A stretch of DNA of 61,218 bases, filler included, from 9 parts of 9 records of this genome joined end to end with filler, not necessarily neighbours in it; one strand, 5' to 3'. Positions 43,004-55,631 are shown, counted from the first letter of the whole stretch. Made by a program: numbers and translations. The notes: generated by a model not told the origin, from the sequence alone.

Positions 43004-43732
43004 TCAAGAAAAGTAGTGCCTAACTATTTTATCTTTACTGTTTTGCATCATTTCAAATGTACCTTCAGCATAAAATCTACCTTCTCTCAAAAGTTTTACA
43101 TTATTTGCCGTCATTTTTGCACATTTAATATCATGCGTTATAATTATTGATGATGTTTTATAGCGTTCCTGTATTTTTAGCATTAATTCGCTAATCTCAA
43201 GAGATGTAACAGGGTCTAGCCCTGTTGTTGGTTCATCATACAATATGATATCGGGTTTAAGGATCAAAGTCCTGGCCAGCCCTAATCTTTTGCGCATTCC
43301 ACCCGATAACTCAGATGGAAATTTATCCAGGGCATCTTCCAGCCCTACATTTTCTGCTGCCTCAATAATTAAATCAGTAACATCATCTTTAGACATTACC
43401 TGTTGGGTTCTGCGCAAGGGGAACTCAAGGTTTTCTTTAACCGTCATTGAGTCGTAAGCAGCACCACTTTGAAATAGATACCCGATCCTTCGTCTAAGAA
43501 TATTTAATTTTTCTAACGAAAGTGCACGCACATCTTCATCTAATACCGTAATATTACCTTCATCTGGTTCTATTAATCTGATAATACACTTGGCAAGAAC
43601 AGATTTTCCAATACCAGATCTTCCCAATATTGCCATATTCTCGCCTTTGTGCAATATTAAGTCCACATTGCGTAAGACGTGATTTTGGCCAAAAGACTTT
43701 ATTAATCCTGTTATTTCAATTACTTTTTCCAT
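43004..43732 (-). CDS. mlaF: ABC ATPase, MlaF/Mkl-like
   Basis: GRSGIGKS, LSGGMRKR, YDEPTTGLDP. Confidence 0.9.
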   Translation of the reverse strand: MEKVIEITGLIKSFGQNHVLRNVDLILHKGENMAILGRSGIGKSVLAKCIIRLIEPDEGNITVLDEDVRALSLEKLNILRRRIGYLFQSGAAYDSMTVKENLEFPLRRTQQVMSKDDVTDLIIEAAENVGLEDALDKFPSELSGGMRKRLGLARTLILKPDIILYDEPTTGLDPVTSLEISELMLKIQERYKTSSIIITHDIKCAKMTANNVKLLREGRFYAEGTFEMMQNSKDKIVRHYFS

Positions 43733-43735
43733 TTT

Positions 43736-44521
43736 CTATGTAATGGCATAAAATAAATCTGCTATTTGCACAGCGATTAAATCAATAATAAAAATTGCAA
43801 AAGATGCCGATACAACAGCAGAATTGGCTGCCATACCTACTGATTCTGTTCCCAAATGTGTTTGATAACCTTTATAGCAACCGATTAATCCAATAAAATA
43901 TCCAAAAAAGAAAGATTTAATGGTTGCTGGTACTACATCAATAAATTCAACTGGATTAAAAGCTAAATCAATAAATAAAGGAACAGACATGTTTTCTTTT
44001 AGGTTGATAGCAACATAAGTTCCCACCATAGCCAGTGTATCTGCAATAATTACTAACATAGGCACTGTTAAAGTTGTTGCCAAAACGCGTGTAGTGACAA
44101 CAAATTTCATTGGATTCGTACCTGATACCTCCATGGCATCTATTTGCTCGGTAACTTTCATGGCACCCAGCTCAGCACCAATTCCGGAGCTAATTCGTCC
44201 TGCGCAAATCAAAGCTGTAATTACAGGGCCTATTTCACGAAATATAGCAATAGAAACCATGCTGGGCAGTAAAGACTCTGCCCCAAATTCTAATAGCACA
44301 GGCCTTGATTGCAGTGTAAATACCAAACCAATTATAAAACCAGTTACGGAGATTAATGGTAATGACTTATAACCAATGAAATATGCTTGTCTGAGCAATT
44401 CTTTATGCTCAAATGGCCGTTTAAAGAGTTGCGCAAAAATAACAATAGCAAAACTGGAAATCTTTCCTGCTTCGAGGAAAAATCCCTCCATTTTCTGCCA
44501 TGGTGTTTTTCTATTAAGCAT
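43736..44521 (-). CDS. mlaE: ABC permease, MlaE-like
   Basis: REIGPVITAL, AELGAMKVTEQIDAM. Confidence 0.92.
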   Translation of the reverse strand: MLNRKTPWQKMEGFFLEAGKISSFAIVIFAQLFKRPFEHKELLRQAYFIGYKSLPLISVTGFIIGLVFTLQSRPVLLEFGAESLLPSMVSIAIFREIGPVITALICAGRISSGIGAELGAMKVTEQIDAMEVSGTNPMKFVVTTRVLATTLTVPMLVIIADTLAMVGTYVAINLKENMSVPLFIDLAFNPVEFIDVVPATIKSFFFGYFIGLIGCYKGYQTHLGTESVGMAANSAVVSASFAIFIIDLIAVQIADLFYAIT

Positions 44522-44756
44522 CAACAAATATTTTTAATATTCGGCTATAAAGTTATAGATTCTAAATTACTCTTTTTAGTTATTCCGGTTTTTGTGAATA
44601 ATTGTTAACTATTAGACGAGATTCTTTCTCATATATTTCAATAAAAATGAAAGAATAGCATATTGGTTTACAATACTATGAATTTCTAAATTATTTGTTG
44701 TTGTTGATGTAAGTATGATAATTTTTTAAACTTTGAATTTTGGTTATTTAATTTAA

Positions 44757-47700
44757 TTATAAATATGACTTTATAATATCATAAAACTCATTAGGAATAA
44801 TTGGTTTTGTAATGTAATTATTAAATCCCGCTTCTTTAATTTTAACCTCGTCCTGTGGCATAGCATAAGCAGTTTGAGCAATAACCACCTGGTTAGGATT
44901 TATTTCCCTTATTTTTTTTAAGGCTTCAAAACCATTTAATTTTGGCATTTTTAAATCCATTAAAACAATGTCAAAAGAATTTTTGTCTGTAAAATATTCA
45001 ACAGCTTCGAAACCGTTTGTTGCTTTTTTAATTGTAGCCTCGGTAGGTGAGAGTAAGGTCTCTAAATAGCTCATATTGGCAAATTCATCTTCTACAATAA
45101 GAAATTGCTTCCCGTTCCAGTTTGGTCTTTCTTTTACCGGATGTATACGTTTTTTATTTTCCGGAATGTTTAACTCTTTTGGGGCGTATGGTAATGAAAA
45201 AGTAAAACAAGAACCTTTGTTTAGTTCCGAATCAACTGTTAATTCGCCGCCAAGTAAAACTGCCAATCGTTTACTTATTGTAAGTCCTAATCCTATTCCC
45301 CTTTTTGCTTCAATATTTGCATATTCTAATTTTACAAATTGCTCGAAGATAGTTTCTTTTTGTTGTGAACTAATCCCTATACCAGTATCCTCAACATACA
45401 TTTCGAGTTTGTCATTTTTTATCCGAACACCAATTTTTATATAACCATTGTTAGTGAACTTAATGGCATTGCTCACCAGGTTGTTGAGAATTTGTTTTAT
45501 TCTCTGGGTGCTCGATTCAATTATTAAATCTTTATTTGGTAGTTCGTTTTGTTTAAGTATTGTAATATTTGGGTTTTTATTGTTAGAAGCAAATGTTGTA
45601 TAGATATTTTCAATAAGATCGCTTACAATTAGCGGAGTAGATTCTATTGACAATTGATCTGCTTCAATTAATGAAAAATCAAGAATATCTTCAATTAAGT
45701 ATAACAAAGAATTAGAATTGTCGATAATAATATTGATGTATTTTTTTCTTACTTTTTGTGCAAGTACATCATTATCGAGAAGTGTTGAAAAACCAATAAT
45801 AGCGTTCATCGGAGTCCGTATTTCATGGCTCATGTTTGCTAAGAAATAAGATTTTAGTTTGTCTGATTTTTCTGCTTTTTCTTTGGCAAGTTCAAGTTTT
45901 TTGGTTCTATCTACTACTAATGTTTCCAGGTTTTCTTTGTGCAGAATGAGTTCTTCTTGTTGACTCAGTAATTCTTCTTTCTGCTCTGTTAATGTTTTGT
46001 TTTGATTGGTTATTACTTCCGTTCTTTTATTTATTTCTAATTCAAGTTGTTCGTTTTCACGAATCAGTTTGCGCGATCTCCATTGTGCAAATAGGTGGAA
46101 AACCGCAACAGAAGTGATAATACAAAGAATATAGAACCATGTTTTTCGCCAGAATGGGGCTGTGATATAGAAATTAATCTTTGCTCCATCTGTATTCCAT
46201 ATACCATCGTTGTTTGAAGCCATTACATGAAACTGGTACTTACCGGGTTTTAAATTAGTGTAAGTAGCCATGTTTGTCGAGGTAGTAATGTAGTCTATAT
46301 TGTCTTTCGGGCCAAAAAGTTTGTATTTGTATTTTGTTTTTTCAGGTGTTGTGTAATTAATCGCAAAAAATTCAAAAGCAAGCATGTTGTCTCTCCAGCT
46401 TAACTTCAAAGATTCTGTTGAATTTTGAATTATACCTACATTGGCGATTTTTCTAAAATCTTCTTTTATTTCTTTTACTGACAATGATGATATATATACT
46501 TTAGGAATAAAATTGTTTCGCTTCACCTCATTTGGATAAAAGTGATCTACGCCCTCAATCCCTCCAAAAAATAATTGCTCGTCTTTTGTTTTTAATGATG
46601 ATTGTAAAAAATACTGGTTGCTCTGCAATCCATCTGATTCGTAGTAATGTAAAAAAGTAGAATCGGCCATAATAAATTGGGTAAGTCCCTGGTTTGTTGC
46701 AAACCAAACCGAACCGTTTTTCGAGCATTGAATTGAATAAATACAATTACCTGAAAGGCCTTCCTTTTCTTTGAAATGAGATAGTTGGTTGCCGTTCGGG
46801 TTGTAACAATAAGCACCGCTTTTTAAAGTCCCTACCCAATAATTTCCGTTGTAATCTTTTGCGAATGTATTGGCATCATTTTCAGGGATAAATAGATCCA
46901 GAGATAAATTTTTGTCGTTAAACTTATAAATCCCATCAAGAGTATTAATGAATATCTCATTCTGGTTATCAAAAAATACAACCTCGTTATAATAATGTGA
47001 ACTGTTGTAATTAGCACCCGGCTTTACTTTATGGAACATTAGCTCCTTACCATGTTTGTCTAATAGTAAGATTTGTCCTTCAAAATATGTTATCCATTTT
47101 CTATCCAGGTGATCAACTTTTACTGTCCAAATTGGATTGTCCTGGAATTTGTAGTAAATATTTTCAAAATCTTTGGCTGGATAAACCTTTCCTCATTTTT
47201 TATGTACATGTTTACCTCGTCAGCCCAGGTTGCAATCCAAATATTTCCATTGCTATCTTCACTTAATGTGCGAATTGTGTTTGAGGATAAATTAGAGTTT
47301 TCTGTTGTAAATGTTTTTGTTATTCCAATGCCAGGTTCAAATACATTAATACCCCCTCCATCTGTGCCAATCCATATATTGCCTTTAGAATCTTCCATAA
47401 GGCTTCCAACAACACCATAGTTTAAGCCTTTTTTGTTGTTGAAAACATCATAAATCGAGGGTTTTTTAATCGTATTAAATTTTTGTTTTTTCGGGTTGAA
47501 GTAATTTACTCCACCTCTTGAAGTACCCACCCAAAGAATGCCTTCCCTGTCAAGGTGCATACAATAAATTCCATCGGAAGAGAGGTGGCCTGCATTGTTA
47601 TTGTTACTGCTGATATATGAAAATTTGCTGGTTTTTTTATTGTAAATATTTATACCACCCTGGTCGGTTGCAATATAAATTTTACCAGGATAAAATTCCA

Positions 47701-48544
47701 CTATTTCTAAGATCTTGTTGCTGTTTATCCCTGTTCCATCTTCTTTTATTTCAAGACGTTCAAAATAATCTGTTCTCGGATTGTAAGTCACAAGTCCGTT
47801 TCTTGGCATACCTATCCAAATAATGCCTTCACTATCTGCATAAATCCTTTTATTAAACTTATTTAGATCGGTACCCGGAATATTAATCGGATGGTATGTG
47901 AATTGATTATTTTTTATATTAAAGCTATAAATGCCTGATGCTTCTGTTGCAATCCACAATATTTCATTTTTATCTATAGTAATGTTGGTATGGTGATTTT
48001 GTAGCTCGTTAGCATTGCTGTTATAATGATAAATTAAGCTGTCTGTTCCAATATTATATTCAAATAACCCGGCTTCTGTTGTTATCCATATATTACCTGA
48101 ATTGTCTTCTATGATATCGGTTGTTCTTAATGTAGGTTTATCTGTGTATTTTTTATGTGGTTCTAAAATATGTGTAAATACTCCGGTTTCTCTATCCAGT
48201 AAGTCCAAGCCATTTTCTGTTGCAATCCACAAATTATTATCTCTGTCCTGGTATATTTTGTTTACAAAATCGTTTGAAATAGAGGTGGAGTCATTCTTAT
48301 CGTGCACATAATTTATCATTTGGTATGTATCATACCTAATAAGACCAAAACCTTGATTAGCGATCCATAAATAATCCTTTTCATCCCGAATGATATCAAT
48401 TATGTGTGAAAAACCGGAATTGGTTTCCAGGTGTTCAAATGGTATATTCTCATTAGCAGTAGTTCCGGAGTGAAAAACATGGAGTTGGATTAGGATTATG
48501 AAAACTATTTTAAATTGATACTGCATGCCGAAATCATAAAACAT
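44757..48544 (-). CDS. Hybrid sensor histidine kinase (beta-propeller/Y_Y_Y, HisKA, HATPase, REC); frameshift at about 47173
   Basis: Reg_prop repeats (D..G.IWI.T..GG), YTNLKPGKY, FLANMSHEIRTPMN, NLVSNAIKFT, DLKMPKLNG; +1 A joins the two ORFs. Confidence 0.9.
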
Positions 48545-48567
48545 TTTTTGTAAGATAGAATTTTTTT

Positions 48568-48667
48568 NNNNNNNNNNNNNNNNNNNNNNNNNNNNNNNNN
48601 NNNNNNNNNNNTTAATTAATTAANNNNNNNNNNNNNNNNNNNNNNNNNNNNNNNNNNNNNNNNNNNN
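48568..48667. other. Artificial contig spacer
   Basis: N run with TTAATTAATTAA. Confidence 0.99.
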
Positions 48668-49253
48668 CCCTCGATATTTTTGCAGTTACTTCGGGTTCAA
48701 AACCAAATCGTTTTTCATTAAGGTTTAGTCCTTTAATTAAGTCAGATCGAAAAAGCTTGTAACATGTTTCCATATCAGTTAAATTTAAGTTGGTAAACAT
48801 ATTTGAGAATTTCGTCAAGATTTTGTTGCCAATTGAATGCCAATAAAACAATATTCGATGAGGATTGCTTCCCATAAATCGTGATCCATAAACAACATCT
48901 GCGAAACCTTCAGCAATTGGTTTTAATAGATCATTATATTCCCTTGGATCATATTCCAAATCAGCATCCTGAATAATAATGAATTTGCCCGTTGCTTCTT
49001 TAATTCCACGATGCAATGCAGCACCTTTTCCCATGTTTTGGGTTTGATGAAAAGACTGAATTTTAATGCTTTTTTGTGAACTTATATATTTGTCAATTAC
49101 CTTGGCACTTCCATCAGTTGAGCAATCATTTACAATGATTAATTCTTTCTGAAAATTATATTTTAGTTCAACTTCAATTACTTTATCTAAAAGTTGAGTG
49201 ATCGTTTTTTCCTCGTTATATACAGGAATAACAATTGATAAGGTTTGGTTCAT
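48668..49253 (-). CDS. Glycosyltransferase family 2 (DPM1-like), 3' truncated
   Basis: [33 protein letters not shown]. Confidence 0.92.
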
Positions 49254-49369
49254 TATTAAAGACTATGGGTTGTAAGAACTTTAAACGTTTAAAACTAAGA
49301 AAAATTATCATATCCATTGCGTTCATTATTTTGTAGAACATGATGGTTTTGATTTTCCAGCTGATCGCT

Positions 49370-49377
49370 TAACTTTG
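49370..49377 (+). promoter_or_regulatory. Bacteroidota -7 element TAACTTTG
   Basis: TAnnTTTG 14 nt before the ATG at 49392. Confidence 0.5.
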
Positions 49378-49391
49378 GGAAAAACTCGATT

Positions 49392-51611
49392 ATGTCAAAA
49401 TCTCTGATAAATGGTCAGGCTAAGTTTGGAACGATGCCTGTTTTTTTAACAGCATTATCTACCATTCTTGGTGCTATCCTTTTCCTTCGTTTTGGCTGGG
49501 CAGTTGGTCAAATTGGTTTTTGGGGGGTTATCGGAATTATTCTAATCGGACATGTAATTACTATTCCTACAGCATTTGCAGTCGCGGAAATAGCTACGAA
49601 TCAACGTGTGCAAGGAGGAGGAGCATACTATATTATATCACGTTCTTTTGGGTTGAATATTGGTGGAGCAATAGGTTTGGCTTTGTTTTTTTCACAAGCA
49701 ATATCTGTTGCATTTTATGTAATTGCTTTTGGCGAAGCATTTGAACCACTCATCAACTATTTGAACAACACCTATTCGTTGAGCATTGAAGACCGCAGGT
49801 GGATTACTCTTCCATTCATGGGTATTCTATCAATCATCATTCTGGTTAAAGGAGCCAATATAGGAATGAAAGCGCTCTATTTCGTTGTTGCTATTTTATT
49901 GATTTCGCTCTTGTTTTTCTTTTTTGGCGATTCCCCATTAAAACCTGAGACAATCCACTTTCATACTCACATACCCAATAATCTAAACTTCTTTTTTGTA
50001 TTCACTATTATTTTCCCTGCTTTCACAGGTCTTGCGGCAGGGCTAGGATTATCAGGTGATTTAAAAGATCCAAAAAAATCGATTCCTCGAGGAACCTTAT
50101 GGGCAACATTGGCGGGTATGTTAATTTACATTGCTGCAGCTTATAAATTCACCATATCGGCCAGTCCCGAAGAATTGGTTTCCGACCAATTAATAATGCA
50201 ACGTATTGCCATTTGGGGACCAATTATTCCCATTGGATTAGCTGCTGCTTCGCTTAGCTCCGCATTAGGATCAATAATGGTTGCACCTCGCACTCTACAA
50301 GCTATTGGATTTGATAATATTTTTCCACAAACAAAATTAAACCATTGGTTTGCTAAAGGAAAAAAAACAGATAATGAGCCAGTCAATGGTTCAATTGTTA
50401 CGATTGCAATTGCTTTCTTTTTTATTATAGTTGGTGATATAAATTTCGTTGCCCAGATTATTTCCATGTTTTTTATGGTAACATATGCAGCCATTTGCAT
50501 GATTTCATTTCTTGAGCATTTTGCAGCCGATCCTGCTTATCGTCCTACATTTCGTTCAAAATGGTACATTTCGCTTATTGGCTCAGTTTTCTCCCTTTGG
50601 GTTATGTTTCAAATGAATATGTTGTATGCAGGCATGTCGATACTAATTATGGCTATGATTTATTTTGCCATTACCCATTACAGCCAAGAGCGACGCGGAC
50701 TAAATAAACTTTTCCGAGGGGTCGTGTTTCAAATGAGCAGACAACTTCAAATATTTGCTCAAAGAGCAGATAAAGAAGACCGGGAAGTAAGCTGGCGACC
50801 TTTTGGTGTCTGTATTTCGCATGAAACATTTAAACGAAGAAGTGCATTTGATGTAATGCGATGGATTTCATTTAAATATGGTTTTGGCACTTACATTCAT
50901 TTTATAAAAGGATATTTGAATGAAGAAACGAATCAGGAATCAAAAGATGCGCTAAATCGGTTAATTCATCTTTCGCATGGAAGTAAAAACCGCGTTTATC
51001 TCGATACGATTATTTCACCATCTTATACCTCGGCAATAGCACAGGTGGTGCAGCTTTCAGGAATATCGGGGAAAGGGAATAATCTTATTCTTTTCGAATT
51101 TTCAAGAACAGAACCGGATACTTTGAAGGAAATTCTTCCCAATTATAAAATGATGGAATCGGCTGGTTTTGATGTTTGTATTCTAAATACTTCGTACAAA
51201 AGTTTTGGTTACAAGCGTGAGATGCACATATGGATAAGACCTGATGATTTTGAGAATGCCAACCTAATGATTCTTTTAGGATATATCATTCTGGGGCATC
51301 CCGATTGGAAAAAGGGATTTATTAAGATTTTTGCACTTTACCCTCATGAGCATGTTGAAGATAAGCGAAAGCAACTGCTTGATCTGGTAAAAGATGGGCG
51401 ATTGCCAATTAGCCCTTCAAATATTGAAATGGTTCCATATGAAAAAGGAAGTCGGAAAAAGGTTATATCAAGCTATTCTGAAGATGCTGACCTTACCTTA
51501 ATTGGTTTTCGAAATGAAATGCTAAAAGGTAGTTTCGAGTTTTTTGAAGGCTATCAGGATCTTGGGAATGTTCTATTTGTAAGTGCCAATAAGGCTAAGG
51601 ATATAGACTAG
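49392..51611 (+). CDS. APC-superfamily permease, cation-chloride cotransporter (SLC12)-like, with cytoplasmic C-terminal domain
   Basis: ILGAILFLR, IATN..V.GGGAYYIISRSFG..IGGAIG, FPAFTG..AG...SGDLKDP..SIPRGT. Confidence 0.88.
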   Translation: MSKSLINGQAKFGTMPVFLTALSTILGAILFLRFGWAVGQIGFWGVIGIILIGHVITIPTAFAVAEIATNQRVQGGGAYYIISRSFGLNIGGAIGLALFFSQAISVAFYVIAFGEAFEPLINYLNNTYSLSIEDRRWITLPFMGILSIIILVKGANIGMKALYFVVAILLISLLFFFFGDSPLKPETIHFHTHIPNNLNFFFVFTIIFPAFTGLAAGLGLSGDLKDPKKSIPRGTLWATLAGMLIYIAAAYKFTISASPEELVSDQLIMQRIAIWGPIIPIGLAAASLSSALGSIMVAPRTLQAIGFDNIFPQTKLNHWFAKGKKTDNEPVNGSIVTIAIAFFFIIVGDINFVAQIISMFFMVTYAAICMISFLEHFAADPAYRPTFRSKWYISLIGSVFSLWVMFQMNMLYAGMSILIMAMIYFAITHYSQERRGLNKLFRGVVFQMSRQLQIFAQRADKEDREVSWRPFGVCISHETFKRRSAFDVMRWISFKYGFGTYIHFIKGYLNEETNQESKDALNRLIHLSHGSKNRVYLDTIISPSYTSAIAQVVQLSGISGKGNNLILFEFSRTEPDTLKEILPNYKMMESAGFDVCILNTSYKSFGYKREMHIWIRPDDFENANLMILLGYIILGHPDWKKGFIKIFALYPHEHVEDKRKQLLDLVKDGRLPISPSNIEMVPYEKGSRKKVISSYSEDADLTLIGFRNEMLKGSFEFFEGYQDLGNVLFVSANKAKDID

Positions 51612-51725
51612 TTTATGTGTCGGCATTAAATCTTTTGTCATTATTTGCCTGTTGAATTTGAACCTTTTTCATCATATTCTGTAAAATTAACCGTTATCTT
51701 TGAAGCAAGAATAAAATCCGAAATC

Positions 51726-52208
51726 ATGAAACGAATCGCTATATTCCCCGGATCATTTGATCCATTTACTATCGGTCATGAAAGTATTGTAAAAAGGGCA
51801 TTACCTATGTTTGATAAAGTGGTAGTGATGATTGGTTTAAACACCAACAAGCAATCTTTTTTTAAACTGAGCAGTAAATTAAGATGGATCGAACAGGTTT
51901 TTAAAGACGATCCAAAAGTAGAAGTTCAAAGTCATGAAGGACTAACTGTTGATTTTTGTAAAAAAGTGAATGCTCAATATATTCTGAGGGGGATTCGAAC
52001 TTCATCTGACTTTGAATATGAACGTGCGATTGCGCAAGTAAATAAGCAAATGCACCCCGAAATTGAAACTGTATTTTTATTAACGATGCCTGAACATACT
52101 CCTGTTAATTCTTCAATTGTAAGAGACATTATTAGACATGGAGGCGATGCAAGCCAGTTTTTGCCAAAAGGTTTAAATATGGAAGAATTTAATGACCATG
52201 AAGATTAA
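51726..52208 (+). CDS. coaD: Phosphopantetheine adenylyltransferase
   Basis: FPGSFDPFTIGH, RGIR..SDFEYE, SSIVR; TATCTTTG promoter element at 51695. Confidence 0.96.
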   Translation: MKRIAIFPGSFDPFTIGHESIVKRALPMFDKVVVMIGLNTNKQSFFKLSSKLRWIEQVFKDDPKVEVQSHEGLTVDFCKKVNAQYILRGIRTSSDFEYERAIAQVNKQMHPEIETVFLLTMPEHTPVNSSIVRDIIRHGGDASQFLPKGLNMEEFNDHED

Positions 52209-53608
52209 TCTAATCTTATTTTTCTCTTTTTATTGAATCAGTGTTTTGCAGACGGCTTAACTATTATCTCTGGAAATGCGATTGATTATGCGGGCTCGGA
52301 AATTCAATTTTATAAATACGCAGATCCGATTTCTGAAGTTAAGCAGGATCTATTTCATCTCAAAATTGATACTGATGGCAATTTTGATACAAGCGTTCAG
52401 CTGGATGAAGTTACTCATGCATTTGCCGGATTCGATAGTTATTTTTCTAATGTGTATTTGATTCCTGGCAAAACTTATCAAATCATTTTACCTCCCCTAA
52501 AAAAATTACTAGCAGTCAACGGAGCAATCCTTTTTTTAAACCGATCAATGTTCATCTTGCTGTGAGAAATTCTGACAAGAATGAATTGAACCGAAAAATT
52601 CGAGAGTTTGATAATGCCTATTACAACACTGAAGGGAATTTTTTCGATCAGATTTATAGAAATAAATCGACAACTGCGGTGGATTCGGTTCATACAATCA
52701 TGAGTCGTAACTTTCCTGAAACTTCAGATCCGTTTTTTGAAGATTACAAATTTCACAGACTGGCATTTGCCGAATATGCCCTTCATAAAGGTGAAAACAA
52801 AGACTTTACTCTGAAGTATTTTAATGAATATAAGATCAATTTTTCGCTTGCTCCCTTTAAAACGATGTTTAATCGTATATACTCTAACTTCTTTTCTGAA
52901 TTAAGCAATTCAGTTGAAGGTGGTGAGTTTCGAAAGATTCTTAGCAGCTTTGATCCTGCTGAGATTGAAAGATATTTAATAAAGAGTCATTTTTTAAGTT
53001 CAGAAATTGCTCAGCTGGTAATTTTAAAGTCAATTCATGATGCATTTCATCAGGGGCAATTTTCTCAAAAAAGCTTGCTCGCAATGCTTGCTAAAATTCA
53101 AAAGGGGAATTGGTCCTCTGATAAAAAAGCAATTGCGCAACGATTAGAGGAAAAGTTAACTCATCTGCTTCCTGGTACTCAAGCTCCAGGAATGGAACTA
53201 GAAGACTTTGATAAGAAAAGATTTTTTCTTTCTGATTTTGAAGGAAAATTGATTTACCTACACTTCGCAAGAGTTTCAAACCCCATTTGCAGACAACATT
53301 TAGATGCGTTGAAGAAACTTCCTGAAGCAGTAATAAAAGATGTTCAAATCATAAATCTTATCCTTGAAGAAGAGGCTTCTCGTAAAGAACAAATATTAAA
53401 ACAAAATTGGGTTGGACAGTTTTATGTGGTTACAGATAAAATTGCCGAGCAATGGAAAATAAAAAGTTTTCCAACATCTTTTTTAATTGATGAATCGGGT
53501 AAGTTAATATATTCACCTGCCAATAATCCATTAGATGGATTTGCGAAACAAATAGGGACATTTTTACAGAAAAGGCATCTTGAAAAGCTAAGAAATCAAG
53601 CCAGGTAA
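52198..53608 (+). CDS. Exported protein with C-terminal TlpA/AhpC-like redoxin domain (two homopolymer frameshifts)
   Basis: PGTQAP..LSDFEGKLIYLHF, degenerate NPIC motif, FPTSFLID..G; frames join with +1 near 52220 and 52500. Confidence 0.75.
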
Positions 53609-54222
53609 TCATTGAGCAATTCAACCAAGTTATTATAGGTTGAGTTATAGATTTCTTTTAGATCTGTTTTTGAAAACCATCGAACTTCTTCTATATTCTC
53701 AGATACTTGTGGAGTAGGTGTCTCATTTCCTTCATAGAACATTTCAAACCAATAAGTTTCTTTTAATACCAAGTTATTTTCAGACTTAATAAACGGAGAA
53801 AAATATAAATGGAAAGTAGATTTTAGTTGTTTTTTTATTTTCACATTACTCAATCCGCATTCTTCTTCAACCTCTCGAATTGCTGCCTCTTCAATGGTTT
53901 CATCATCTTCAATTTTTCCTTTGGGTAAGTCCCATCTTCCAAATCGTTTAATAAATAGAATTTCCGATTCTGAGTTAATAAGTAATCCTCCTGCAGCCGG
54001 AATTTCATTCACTTTTTGTCTAAAGATTTCCCATGTTTTTTTCGGATTGGAACAAACAACATGCAAGTTTTCAGATAGTTCCATGAAATTGAAATTAGGA
54101 AATCGGGTTTCGAAATCACTAAGGTTCTCTAAATCAAACACTTGATTATTGTTATCTTTAGGTGAAGTTTTGAATTCATCACAAAAACTCAGCACCTTAT
54201 CATTAAAAAAAACTTTGTACAT
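53596..54222 (-). CDS. NUDIX hydrolase
   Basis: WDLPKGKIEDDETIEEAAIREVEEECGL Nudix box. Confidence 0.92.
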   Translation of the reverse strand: MYKVFFNDKVLSFCDEFKTSPKDNNNQVFDLENLSDFETRFPNFNFMELSENLHVVCSNPKKTWEIFRQKVNEIPAAGGLLINSESEILFIKRFGRWDLPKGKIEDDETIEEAAIREVEEECGLSNVKIKKQLKSTFHLYFSPFIKSENNLVLKETYWFEMFYEGNETPTPQVSENIEEVRWFSKTDLKEIYNSTYNNLVELLNDYLA

Positions 54223-54254
54223 TTGTCACGAATTCTAGAAAAAAGAAATACATT

Positions 54255-54887
54255 ATGCAAGAAATTCATTTTGAAGTAACGAAACGACTCGTACAAATTA
54301 ACACAATAAAAATCCAACCATCAAACCCATTTACTTGGGCTTCAGGATGGAAGGCTCCGATATACTGCGACAACCGTAAATTGTTGTCATATCCCGATGC
54401 CCGTACTTATGTTAGGGATCAGTTTGTAAAACAAATTCGTGAAAAATACCCACAAGCCGAAGTTATTGCTGGAGTAGCAACTGGAGCTATTGCTATTGGT
54501 ATGTTAGTTGCTCAGGAACTCGGATTGCCTTTTATTTATGTTCGTGCAAAACCAAAGGGACATGGACTTGAAAACCTTATTGAAGGTGATTTAAAACCTG
54601 GAGATAAAGTTGTTGTTATTGAAGATCTTGTTTCAACAGGGATCAGTAGTTTGAAAGCTTCTGAAGCAATTACCAACTATGGTGGAGATGTTTTAGGAAT
54701 GATGGCTATTTTTACATACAACTTTCCGGTAGCAAAAGAAAATTTTGAGAATGCAGGTATTGAGCTAACGACATTGAGCCGTTATAAAACCTTACTTGAA
54801 GTTGCTTTAGAATCTGGAGAAATTAAAGAATCCGAACTTGAGTCGCTAAATCAATGGCGTCAAGACCCTGCAAGTTGGGGAAAATAA
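54255..54887 (+). CDS. pyrE: Orotate phosphoribosyltransferase
   Basis: FTWASG..APIYCDNR, VVIEDLVSTG; -7 element TACATTTG at 54218-25. Confidence 0.96.
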   Translation: MQEIHFEVTKRLVQINTIKIQPSNPFTWASGWKAPIYCDNRKLLSYPDARTYVRDQFVKQIREKYPQAEVIAGVATGAIAIGMLVAQELGLPFIYVRAKPKGHGLENLIEGDLKPGDKVVVIEDLVSTGISSLKASEAITNYGGDVLGMMAIFTYNFPVAKENFENAGIELTTLSRYKTLLEVALESGEIKESELESLNQWRQDPASWGK

Positions 54888-54916
54888 TATTACGATTCAT
54901 TTTTTGGAAATCGATA

Positions 54917-54943
54917 TATCCCCGGTATAGCCGGGGATTTTTT
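54917..54943 (+). terminator. Intrinsic terminator
   Basis: ATCCCCGG-TATAG-CCGGGGAT-TTTTT. Confidence 0.85.
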
Positions 54944-54957
54944 ATATTCACAAAATC

Positions 54958-55327
54958 ATGAGCACTAGCAAATACATTAGCGATACCAAATATATTGGAC
55001 ATAATCAGGAAATTATTTTCAACTATCTTTCAAATTTTGAAAACTTGTCTCAATATCTCAATGAAGGCTTACTTGAGAAAGTAACAGAGCAGATTCCTCA
55101 AATCAAAATTACCGATTTTGAGTCAGATCAGGATTCATGTAGATTCAATATTACAGGAATGGGGCAGGCTGAAATAAAGATTGTTGAACGTGAACCACAT
55201 AAAATGATAAAGGTAGAAAGTACTGGTGGTTTGCCGGTTGGCATTAAATTCTGGATTCAGCTTTTACCAATTAATGCATATCAAACAAAAATGCGCTTAA
55301 CGCTTCATGCCGAAATGAGTATGATGA
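54958..55327 (+). CDS. SRPBCC-like protein, 3' truncated
   Basis: IFNYLSNFENL, DSCRF, KFWIQLLP; usual pyrE neighbour in Bacteroidota. Confidence 0.65.
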
Positions 55328-55427
55328 NNNNNNNNNNNNNNNNNNNNNNNNNNNNNNNNNNNNNNNNNNNNTTAATTAATTAANNNNNNNNNNNNNNNNN
55401 NNNNNNNNNNNNNNNNNNNNNNNNNNN
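55328..55427. other. Artificial contig spacer
   Basis: N run with TTAATTAATTAA. Confidence 0.99.
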
Positions 55428-55631
55428 TGTGTAGATCTCATATGATCTTTTTCCTTAATGATTATAAAGAGCGGAATTATAACAGAAATTCCATGTCCAT
55501 GTGAATTGATTTGATAATTGCCTGTATTTACTGATAGTCTTTAATAATTACGTTGTAAAATGGTCTGCCACTTCGAAATTGCCTTTCAATAATTTACCAT
55601 TGAACGGCATTGCAAAACATGGATGAAATGA

